64,000 bases of DNA, from assembly GCF_009914755.1 (NCBI RefSeq), contig NC_060944.1; one strand, written 5' to 3'. The position numbers and the translations under genes are program-made. Of this stretch, positions 27,370-42,183 are shown one piece after another. The stretch's first letter is position 1. Each line of letters opens with the position of its first letter. Origin of the DNA: the human T2T-CHM13v2.0 reference genome, Homo sapiens. The notes beneath the pieces are model-generated. The model was not told the origin of the DNA, did no database searches, and saw only the letters and a program-made list of their open reading frames with translations.

Positions 27370-28220
27370 TATATAAGTAACAACATTTCAGGAAGTAATG
27401 ACAGCTGTGAAGATAAGTAAGACAAGTAAAAAGCTAAACAATTGGCATTTATTTTAAAGGAAGGTCATGGAAAACTTCTCTAAGGTAATCTTTGAACAGA
27501 GGACTGACTGAGGCAAAGGAGTGAGCCATGTGAAGATCTTGGGATGAACATTCCAAGCTGAGTGAGAACCTGAGGTTGGTGTAAGCTTGGTGTGTTTAGG
27601 GAACAGCAAGACATTCCAGCATCCCCAGAGCAGCATGAACAAAGTGGAGAGTGGTACGAGATAAAGTCATAAAAATGCTACTCATATGGAGCCTTTGTAG
27701 GCCATGAGTGTTGGGAATTTGGATTTTATTCTTGTGTGATGGGAAACCCTTGGAGTGTTTAAGAGAAGTCACAAAATTCTATTTATGTTGATATAGGGCA
27801 TTCTTGTTGCTGTTTGGCGAGGACACTGTAGGGAGATAAACTGGAGATACGGAGATTTATTCCAAGATTAATCCAGGCAAGAGGTTTTTGTGGTTGGGAA
27901 CAGGGTGGTAGCAGTGGAGGTGATGAAAAGTGTCCAGATTTAAGATGCATTTTGAAAGGAAAGATGACAAGACATGTATGTGTAAAGGAAAAAGAACCAT
28001 TAAGAATAAGTCTGATTTTTGCCCTGAGCAACTGGGTAACTGATAGTATCGTTTGCTGAACTTGGGAGGGTAAAGGATTTAGACTTCAGTGTGAAGCATG
28101 ATATATTTGAGATGTCTGCTAAACATCTGAGTAGAGATATCCAGTAGGCAGTTCAATATACCAGTCTGGCATTCAGGAGAGAGACTGGGGCTTAAGAGCT
28201 ATGTTTAGAAGCCATCAGTG
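27370..28220 (-). mobile_element. L2 fragment
   Basis: ggagtgagccatgtgaagatc..gatgggaaacccttggag..ggtggtagcagtggaggtgatgaaaagtg..gtaggcagtt. Confidence 0.8.
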
Positions 28221-28229
28221 AAATAATAC

Positions 28230-31200
28230 AGCACTCAAAGATGGAAGATTAGAGGCTTTTAATGTGCCTCAACCACTTGGAAATAGCAAGATAGTACAGT
28301 AAGATCAACTCTGTGACCTTTAATTTAAGAAGGAATATGAAAATCCACCAGAATTGTGAAGGACACCCCAGATCCCAGGAAGGAGAATGCCGGCAAACAA
28401 CCCTAGTGATGTCATCTTGCTGATAAAAGTGAGAGAAGCCCCATTATGTGAGAGAGGCAGAGAGCCTCTCTCTGTGACTCACCTTTCTATTGGGAATCTG
28501 AGCAACCCAGGCTGAGGGGGAGCATTTTGTTTGTCCCAAGCTCTGGAGGTTACTTGGGGAGGGACATGGAGATGCTCTGAGGGAAAAACACTGGGAAAAG
28601 CTACAGACATTTTCCCAGTCCTGAGACCAAGAGCAGGACACAATTTTTAATCCAGGTACATACAAAATCAGCCATTCTTTGGTGACCCACCGGCATGGCC
28701 ACACAAGCATATTAGTCTCAGGCCAGAGATTGGAGGGCCTGCTCTGGAGTGGCATAAGGGCCTTTCAGAGCCAGAACTGTGGAAAGTGCCTCAGCAGTTG
28801 GCACTGAAGTTGTGCTCTTCCCTATCAAAAGCTGGGGGTGCGAGAAGAGCTGCTACAGCTGCAGTTTCTCCTGGGAGGTAAGACTTGTAGCCAGGGCCAG
28901 CTTTGCACTCTGCAACCAGTCTGTGTGTGCCATTGCTGGGTATCCCACCTTGTTCTCCCGAGATTGTGGTACAGCAGTTTCCTCTCTTCTACACTCCCAG
29001 GTGGAAACCTAGGCATTTAGAGTGCCTGATTGCCTGGACCAGCAGCCTGAGATGCCCCACCAATCCTGGACATAGATTGTGGTGCAGCAGCTCCATGCCC
29101 AGACAGATCTCCAGGCATTTAGAGCACCAACCGGCTTGCCCGAATTAACAGCCTGAGATGCCCCACCCATCCTGTGCAGAGATCCTGGTACAACAGGGCT
29201 CTTTCTGCTTCACACCCAGGCAGATCTCCAGGCATTTGGAGCACCCGTTTGCTTTGTTCAGAAACTTGAGCCACCTCACCCTTCCTGTGAAGACACTGTG
29301 CAGGGAGGCCCTCTCTGCTTCACACCCAGGCAGACCTCCAGGCATTCAGAGCACTCACTCATCAGGTTCAGCAGTCTGAGTTGTCCTACCCTTCATAGTC
29401 CTAGATCTTGGTGCAACAGGACCCTGTCTACTCCATGCCCAAAAGAGCTCCAGGCATTTGGAGCACCTGTTTGCCTGATTCAGCATCCTGAGAAACCCCA
29501 CCCTTCCTGGAGATAAATTTCAGTATATCAAGCCCCTCTCTACTTCACGCCCAGGCAGATATTCAGGAATTCAGAGGACCAGCTTGCCTGGATTAGCAGC
29601 CATCCTGTGCAGAGATCCTGGTACAGGGAGACCTCCTCTGATTCATGTCCAGGCAGATCTCCAGGCATTCAGAGTAACCACTCATCTAGTTCAGCAGCTT
29701 GACCAACCCCACCCTTCCTGTGCAGAGATCCTGGTGAAGCAGGGCCCTCTGCTCCCATGCCCAGGCAGATCTTCAGGAATCCAGAGCACTCACCCTCCTG
29801 GATTAGGAGTTTAGGCTTCCCGCAATCCCCATGCTGAGTACTTGGGGCGTAGGAGGTCTCCAAACTCCATGCCTATGCACATCTCTGGATGCTTGGTGGC
29901 CTCCCACTAAATTATCCCTCAGTGTAAGTGCTTGTAACTGCTAATGAGGAACCTGTAAGTGGACCTGCCTTGTCTAGCTCTGCTTATCATGGCTCCCACC
30001 ATCCTTGGAGCTGAGAAGAGAGCTCAGATCACTGTGAATTCCACAAGGGAGCCCATTGCCTGAGGCAACAGAGAGCTTCTGCCAGTAAAAAAAAAATCAA
30101 GCATTTACCCAGATGTGTTGGCCATACCTGGCTCTTACTTATAAGCACAATTTACTGGCTTGTAGGTTGAACTGCACAGCCCAATGTAAAACTTGCTGAG
30201 AAAACTGCATAGGGCTATAGAAGCAAAGCCAAAAGATGCTACCCAGCATTCTCTACAGTTATACCCACTAAGGAGGTGGAAAAAAGGGAAAGGGAAGGAA
30301 AAACCCCAATTATATTATAGGAAAAGAAAGAAAAAGAAAAAAATACTACCCACACACAAATACTTATAAAAATTAGTGCCAGTGTCTCCAGATGAGAAGA
30401 AACAAGTGCAAAGAATATGGCACCATGAAAAACCTGAATGTAGTGACACAACCAAAGGATATCACTAACTCTCTAGCAATGGTCCCTAACCAAAATGGAA
30501 ACTCAGAAATAACACAGATAAAGAATTCAAAGGATTGCATGGAAGCTCAATGAGATCCAAGACAAGTTAAAAATCAATACAAATAAACTTCTAAAGCAAT
30601 CCAGGAAATAAAGGAAGAGATAAATATCTTAAGAAGAAATCAATCAGAGCTCCTGGAATTGAAAAACCTACTTAAGAACTTTAAAAATGTAATTAAAATC
30701 TTTATCAGTAGGCTGGACCAAGCAGAAGAAAGAATTTTAGAGCTTGAAGACTAGTATTTCAAATTAACCCAGTCAGACAAAAATACAGGTTTTTTTAAAA
30801 CAAAATTTTTGAGAAATATGGGATTGCAAAAAGCAACCAAACCTATGAATTACTGGCATTCCTGAAAGAGAAGGAGAAAAGGCAACATATTTGAGAAAAT
30901 AAATCAAGAAAAATTTTCTAATCTGTTATCAAGGTAAATATCCAGGTACAAGAAATCTGGAGAACACCTGCAAGATAGTATGCAAAATGAACATTACCAA
31001 GGCATATAGTCACCAGACTGTCCAAGGTCAATGCTAAAGAAAAAATATTACTGGCAGTTAGAGGAAAAGGTCAGATCCTGTACAAAGGGAACCCCATCAT
31101 GCTAACAGCAGATTTCTCATCATAAACCTTAGAAACTAAGAGATACGGGGGGCTTATTTTCAGCATTCTTATAGAAAATAAATTTCAACCAAGAATTTCA

Positions 31201-31815
31201 TACCCTGCCAAACTAAGCTTCATAAGCAAAGGAGAAATAAAATCTTTTCTGGATGAGCAAGCACTAATGGAATTTGTTACCAGTAGGCCAGCCTTATAAG
31301 AGATCCTCAATGTAGTTCTAAACATAGAAATAACAGAACAATACCTGCTACCACAAAAACACACTTAATTACATAGCCCATAGACCTAATAAAGCAACCA
31401 CACGATAGAAACTACAAAGCAACCAGCTAACAGCTTCACAATAGGCTCAAAATCTCACATATAAATATTAACCTTGAATGTAAATGGTCTAAATGCCACA
31501 CTTAAAAGGCACAGATTGGCAAGTTGGATATAAAACCAAGACCCATCCATCTGCTGTCTTCAAGAGACCTATCTCACAGTAAAGGGTTGGAGAAAGATCT
31601 GTCATGTGAACAGAGAACGAGAAAGAGTAAGGGTCATTATTCTTATATAAAATAAAACAGATTTTAAATCAACAGTAAAAAAGGACAAAGAAGGGCATTA
31701 CATAGTGATAAAAGGTTCAATACTACCAGAAGACCTAACTATTTTAAATATATATGCACCCAACATTGCAGCACCCAGACTCATTAAAAAAGTACTTCTA
31801 GACCTATGAAAAGAT
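28230..31815 (+). mobile_element. 5' half of an old primate L1 (L1P4/L1PA15-16-type): 5'UTR, decayed ORF1 and start of ORF2 endonuclease
   Basis: 5'UTR with tandem repeats; ORF1-like 30480-31370 (tttcaaccaagaatttcataccctgccaaactaagcttcataagc); ORF2 start-like ttaaccttgaatgtaaatggtctaaatgcc. Confidence 0.85.
28960..29810 (+). repeat. ~110-bp tandem array (about 8 diverged units) within the L1 5'UTR
   Basis: Core cagatctccaggcatt(t/c)(a/g)gagcac recurs near 29008, 29104, 29221, 29331, 29445, 29556, 29654 and 29766. Confidence 0.9.
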
Positions 31816-31849
31816 TTTCTGTCTTTCTTTTACAAAATACTGGTGATAT

Positions 31850-32285
31850 TACATTACCTACTACTGAATACTGTTAGCAATTATAATGGTATTTGTGTAT
31901 CTAAACATAGAAAAGTTTCAGTAAAAATATGGTATAATCTTACAGAACCATTGTTGTATATGAAGTCACTGTTGACTAAAACATCATTATAAAGTGCATG
32001 ACTATATATAAACCAGTAACATATTTGTTTATTATCAAGTATTATGTACTGTACATGAATGTATGTGCTATACTTTTGTATGACTGGCAGTGCAGCAGAT
32101 TTGTTTGTTTATAGCAGCGTTATCACAAACAGATGAGTAATGCATTGAGTGGCAACTTTACAATGGCTTTCTTTGATGTCACTAAGTGATATAAAAATTT
32201 TCACCTCCATTATAGTCTTTTGGGACCACCATGGTATATGCAGTTCATCTTTGACCAAAACATCATTATGTGGTGAATGAATGTA
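31850..32285. mobile_element. Two partial Tigger-family MITEs (Tigger3/MER7- and MER47-like)
   Basis: Two TIR-like ends: gttgactaaaacatcattat..catgacta and tttgaccaaaacatcattatgtggtgaatgaatgta. Confidence 0.7.
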
Positions 32286-33207
32286 ATTGCTAGGGTTCTT
32301 GCAGTTATTTACACCATAATCTCTATTAGGGCAAGAACTTTGGTTCCCTTCTCTATCATTTAAGAAAAGGTATAAAAGAACATTACCGCCCTTAGAGAAC
32401 CATTTTGTTTTATTATTGTAATTATCAAAGAAAGTCTATTGAACACAACTGGAACAGTGTTGCTCTATGGTCAAGTAGATGAATTTAACCTCTGAGAAAG
32501 TAGTTCATGCTATGCAATTAACAAAAAGAGTGGATGGAATATAAAAGGATAAGCTAAGATTTGTGCATAGCATGTGTAGATTATTCAATAGGTAGCAGAG
32601 TTGATGAAGAACGAAGAAGGAAACTGATAAATGGGGAAGCATAGCATTTGGGGAAGCCATTGAGCAAGTAAGATTTTTATTTTTAATAGTGTGAGTGATT
32701 TTGATTAAGATACAAAAGTATTTTGGGTCTATCATACCAAATATGGTTTAATATTTGTGCTCATAGTGTTTGTTTTTATCTGGGCCTACAGATAGGCAAT
32801 GAAACGCTTTGAAAATGTAGCACAGGTAAATACCATGAAGTTTGTTTGAAAAGTTGTAATGCACTATAAAGCAGTACTGGAGGTTGCCAGCAGATGCAAC
32901 CATAGATTTTGGAAATTCAGATTGAGACTTCCTTCTTAGTAGACCATGGTAATGTAACAAGTTTATGAAAGCACAATATTTTTTTTCTTTTTTTTTTTTT
33001 TAATTATACTTTAAGTTTTAGGGTACATGTGCACATTGTGCAGGTTAGTTACATATGTATACATGTGCCATGCTGGTGCACTGCACCCACTAACCCGTCA
33101 TCTAGCATTAGGTATATCTCCCGATGCCATCCCTCCCCCCTCCCCCCACCCCACAACAGTCCCCAGAGTGTGATATTCCCCTTCCTGTGTCCATGTGTTC
33201 TCATTGT

Positions 33208-37054
<3,847 letters not shown>

Positions 37055-37102
37055 TTATTTTGCTCATTAGTTGATGCAGTTACTTCCTAGTCTCGACGGT
37101 CT

Positions 37103-38117
37103 TTACATTTTGGCATGATTTTGCAGCAGCTGGTACCGGTTGTTCCTTTCCATGTTTAGCGCTTCCTTCAGGAGCTCTTGTAAGGCAGGCCTGGTGGTGA
37201 CAAAATCTCTCAGCATTCGCTTGTCTGTAAAGTATTTTATTTCTCCTTCACTTATCAAGCTTAGTTTGGCTGGATATGAAATTCTGGGTTGAAAATTCTT
37301 TTCTTTAAGAATGTTGAATATTGGCCCCCACTCTCTTCTGGCTTGTAGGGTTTCTGCCAAGAGATCTGCTGTTAGTCTGATGGGCTTCCCTTTGAGGGTA
37401 ACCCGACCTTTCTCTCTGGCTGCCCTTAACATTTTTTCCTTCATTTCAACTTTGGTGAATCTGACAATTATGTGTCTTGGAGTTGCTCTTCTCGAGGAGT
37501 ATCTTTGTGGCGTTCTCTGTATTTCCTGAATCTAGCAAGGCCTGCCTTGCTAGATTGGGGAAGTTCTCCTGGATAATATCCTGCAGAGTGTTTTCCAACT
37601 TGGTTCCATTCTCCCCATCACTTTCAGGTACACCAATCAGACGTAGATTTGGTCTTTTCACGTAGTCCCATACTTCTTGGAGGCTTTGCTCATTTCTTTT
37701 TATTCTTTTTTCTCTAAACTTCCCTTCTCGCTTCATTTCATTCATTTCATCTTCCATCGCTGATACCCTTTCTTCCAGTTGATCGCATCGGCTCCTGAGG
37801 CTTCTACATTCTTTGCGTAGTTCTTGAGCCTTGGTTTTCAGCTCCATCAGCTCCTTTAAGCACTTCTCTGTATTGGTTATTCTAGTTATACATTCTTCTA
37901 AATTTTTTTCAAAGTTTTCAACTTCTTTGCCTTTGGTTTAAATGTCTTCCCGTAGCTCAGAGTAATTTGATCATCTGAAGCCTTCTTCTCTCAGCTCATC
38001 AAAGTCATTCTCCATCCAGCTTTGTTTCGTTGCTGGTGAGGAACTGCGTTCCTTTGGAGGAGGAGAGGCACTCTGCTTTTTAGAGTTTCCAGTTTTTCTG
38101 TTCTGTTTTTTCCCCAT
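37103..38117 (-). pseudogene. L1 ORF1, disrupted by a TAA at 37938-37940 and a frameshift at about 37535
   Basis: Start ATGGGGAAAAAACAG at 38117; ORF1p peptide split across 37446-37847 and 37103-37444 (..VKRPNLRLIGVPE.., ..ARREWG.., ..YPAKLS..). Confidence 0.95.
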
Positions 38118-39022
38118 GTTTGTGGTTTTATCTACTTTTGGTCTTTGATGATGGTGATGTACAGATGGGTTTTTGGTGTGGATGTCCTTTCTGTTTGTTA
38201 GTTTTCCTTCTAACAGAGAGGACCCTCAGCTGCAGGTCTGTTGGAGTACCCTGCCGTGTGAGGTGTCAGTGTGCCCCTGCTGGGGGGTGCCTCCCAGTTA
38301 GGCTGCTCGGGGGTCAGGGGTCAGGGACCCACTTGAGGAGGCAGTCTGCCCGTTCTCAGATCTCCAGCTGCGTGCTGGGAGAACCACTGCTCTCTTCAAA
38401 GCTGTCAGACAGGGACATTTAAGTCTGCAGAGGTTACTGCTGACTTTTTGTTTGTCTGTGCCCTGCCCCCAGAGGTGGAGCCTACAGAGGCAGGCAGGCC
38501 TCCTTGAGCTGTGGTGGGCTCCGCCCAGTTCGAGCTTCCCGGCTGCTTTGTTTACCTAATCAAGCCTGGGCAATGGCGGGCGCCCCTCCCCCAGCCTCGC
38601 TGCCGCCCGGCAGCTGGATCTCAGACTGCTGTGCTAGCAACCAGTGAGACTCCGTGGGCGTAGGACCCTCCGAGCCAGGTGCGGGATACAATCTCGCGGT
38701 GCGCCGCTTTCCAAGCCCGTCCGAAAAGCGCAGTATTCGGGTGGGAGTGACCCGATTTTCCAGGTGCCGTCTGTCACCCCTTTCTTTGACTCAGAAAGGG
38801 AACTCCCTGACCCCTTGTGCTTCCCAAGTGAGGTAATGCCTCGCCCTGCTTCGGCTCGCGCACGGTGCGCGCACCCACTGACCTGCGCCCACTGTCTGGC
38901 ACTCCCTAGTGAGATGAACCCGGTACCTCAGATGGAAATGCAGAAATCACCGGTCTTCTGCGTCGCTCACGCTGGGAGCTGTAGACCGGAGCTGTTCCTA
39001 TTCGGCCATCTTGGCTCCTCCC
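38118..39022. promoter_or_regulatory. L1 5'UTR CpG-rich bidirectional promoter (sense toward minus, antisense promoter toward plus); YY1 site intact
   Basis: CpG-dense 38500-39010; cggccatcttgg at about 39003-39014; L1 sense and antisense promoter activity is established knowledge. Confidence 0.8.
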
Positions 39023-39127
39023 TATTTTTTTTCTTTTAAATAACAATTTCCTGGACACATATCAGCCAAACTAAAGAGTAACAACCAAAGTAAACTTGTA
39101 GGTGTGAGACTGAAGTTTTGTTGTTGC

Positions 39128-39419
39128 TTTTTTTTTTTTTTGAGACGGAGTCTTGCTCAGTTGCCCAGGATGCAGTGGCGGGATCTCGGCTCACTGCAAG
39201 CTCCGCCTCCCGGGCTCACGCCATTCTCCTGCCTCAGCCTCCTGAGCAGCTGGGACTACAGTTGCCCGCCACTATGCCCGGCTAATTTTGTTTGTATTTT
39301 TAGTAGAAACGGGGTTTCACCGTGTTAGCCAGGATGGTCTCGGTCTCCTGACCTCGTGATCTGCCCGTCTCGGCCTCCCAAAGTGCTGGGATTACAGGCG
39401 TGAGCCACTGCTCCCAGCC
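39128..39419 (-). mobile_element. AluY with TSD tgttgttgctt
   Basis: Y diagnostics gcaagctccgcc, cacgccattctc, gtgttagccaggatggtctcg and gacctcgtgat; small internal deletion at cccaggatgcag. Confidence 0.95.
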
Positions 39420-40327
39420 TGTTGTTGCTTCTTTAATGGTAAGTCTTGGAAAAAACATTTCTAAAATCTCCTAACTATAATGCAAATGTCTAGATATAGA
39501 AAATAACCCTTTACAGACCCATCAAATAATCATGAGTGTTGTACGTAGTGAAGCAGAAAGGTGGTATTGAGCAATTTAAGTGCAACACCATTATCATGGG
39601 TAACATTGCTTCTTTTTAAAAGTTTTTATGTAAGTGTTTTTTTGTTGTTTGTTTGTTTTTGGCTGGAGAGTGGCCTATGGCTTATGGGTCTGATATAGTT
39701 TTCATGCTTAATTTTGTGTTGTCTTAAGCCTTATCTGATCACTGCAGCCAGAATTTAAGAGAAGTGAGATATAGATGACGCTGGGGAGTTACACAGCTTG
39801 GTATTCAGAAGAAATTGTGTCTTCACCTGCCTGAGGTTTTAAAAGTTGATCTGTGGGAAGGGGCTGGTTGCCGTCAAGAAAAGTCCATGGACATCTGTCA
39901 GGATCCGAGGGGTACTGAGTGACAGTGATATTGCTAACCGGGCTTTCCTAGTAACTGCAACATTGCCAAAAGAGTCACATGTTTTCAACTGTTTTTTTGG
40001 GTGTCCTGTTTATTTAAAGGCAGGACTTTCTGTCAGCTCTGTTGGTCTTCCTTTTTGTCCCCATTACCTGTATATGATTCCTAGTCTACTGTCCTGCAAG
40101 GGCAGGTGGAAGCATGTCATCACCTGCATTCACTGTTAAAGTGGCATTGTAAAAACCACCTCAAACCTAGCTCTTTCGGTTTCGCGGGTGGCCGTGCCCT
40201 TGAAAAATAGCTCGATTAGTAATAAGAGTAGTAAATATGTAGAAGGTAACTTTGGGCAAGAAAGTTAAAAGCTCTTTCCTACTTTCTTCTCCACTGCGAT
40301 CTCTACGTTCACTAATTTTCTCCCCTA

Positions 40328-40514
40328 TAGTCGATTTTTAGTTGTGGTAGTTATATCCCATAAAAGTCTCCTGGAACACTGCATCAGCAAACATTGAACC
40401 ATTACTTCTAGGAGAAATACAAGGTTAGTTGCCTGTCAGACTCTGGTCACAATATTTTCATCCATCGATTAATATATAACCTTGTTTTATGTGTGTTTCT
40501 GTTTAAAGACAGTT

Positions 40515-40547
<33 letters not shown>

Positions 40548-41019
40548 ATGTGTATATATATGTATATGTATATATAAATGTATATGTATATATATAGAGT
40601 ATTAACCTTGAACTCATGACCAACCACACTATAGTTTATCAGAACAAAGCTTAACTAATGTACATATTTTTTTCTGTAAGGTACATCCCAGTATTCTTGC
40701 AACTAGGGACACTAGAGGACACCTCAGCACTATGCTGAGGGACCATTTTAAGTAGGGGAATCACTAATAAAAAGCACAAAAATTAAAAATGTGGTATTGT
40801 CTAGATCGAGAAAAGGATACTTGTTTATAGTATGTGAGCTGGAACAAAAAGATAGTCTCATTTTTGACCTCAGCTGGGAGAATACAATTTAGGTGACTCA
40901 CATAATTTGCTGCTTTGTCAATGTTTACAAGAGATCATGAAAATTGATTTTGGAGTTACAAATAAATTTTAGCAAGCAAGTAAATTTGCAAATATGGAAT
41001 CTGTAAATAACTAGGACTG
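40328..41019. mobile_element. MER82 (TcMar-Tigger) with an internal (TA)n(TG)n microsatellite at about 40515-40595
   Basis: ctctggtcacaatattttc..aaccttgttttatgtgtgtttctgtttaaagaca..gacctcagctggga..ttacaaataaattttagc. Confidence 0.85.
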
Positions 41020-41109
41020 TTATCATAGAAAAATTACTGCTAATATGTCAATATTCTTGCCTCTAAACTGTTGACAATATATTTTTGGTTTTATATAATT
41101 GTAATGACA

Positions 41110-41230
41110 GGCTGGGTGTAGTGGCTCATGCTTGTAATCTCAGCGCTTTGGGAAGCCAAGGTGGGAGAACCGCTTGAGGCCTTGAATTTGAGACTAGCCT
41201 GGTAGCATGATAAGACCCTATCTCTAAAAA
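41110..41230 (+). mobile_element. Alu left monomer (FLAM-like)
   Basis: ggctgggtgtagtggctcatgcttgtaatc..gaccctatctctaaaaa. Confidence 0.85.
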
Positions 41231-41974
41231 GTAACCTTGTCTTGGCAAATGCCTATCTGCAAAAAGTTTATCTTCTAACTTATCCTAGAATCTCTTTAAT
41301 CACAAATGAAAGAAGTCATATAAGAAAAATAGAGTGCCAACAAAAAAGAGAGCACCCAAGAGAGATGCTTAAGTCCACAAAATTAGCTGTCCAAGAATGT
41401 TAGGAGCAGCTTTATTCATAAGAGCCCCAAACTGGAAACAACCCAAATAGCCATCAACTAAAATAAGGTTACTTTGATACTATTTTAAGATCAAAACTTA
41501 GTATTTTGAACAATTTTGACTTATTTGAAATTCAAACCTAACTAGGTATCGTGGTTCAATCTGGCAAAATGGGTTATGTAATACAAGTATGGTGAGTGAT
41601 AAAAAAGTTCATCAATAGAGGAATGATTAAATAAATTATAGTCTATTTGTACCATGTAATATTATGTAGTAGCCAAAAAGAATGAAGTGGATTCCTATGT
41701 ATTAATGTGGTAAGATCTTACAGGTATTGAAATCCATGAAGGGTACCTTGAGAGGCCACTCCCTATAACTAGTCACAGGCCTAGATAAAAAGAATGGGAA
41801 GAAAGGCTGAAAATTTGAAGGGAAAACAGTTGAGAATGTTTCAGAATTTAACACAGGGCACACATCCTTAATCAGATATTCAATTTGATTATTGAGAAGG
41901 ATAGTTGTAAGAGTAAATGTATATACATCATGGCAAGAGTTTATAACATTAAGGATAAAGAGAAAAATGCCAAA

Positions 41975-42127
41975 TTAATATCATTAAAATGGCCATACTG
42001 CTCAAAGCAATCTGTGGATTCAATACTATTTCTATCAATCAATGCTATTTTTCACAGAATTAGAAAAAGCTATTCTAAAATTTATATAGAACCAAAAAAA
42101 AAAGCCCAAATAGACAAAGCAATCCAA

Positions 42128-42183
<56 letters not shown>

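Noticed and set aside
28960-29810. CRISPR-like regularly spaced repeats
   Set aside because: The inter-core segments are homologous to each other, the context is a eukaryotic L1 5'UTR, and there are no cas genes.
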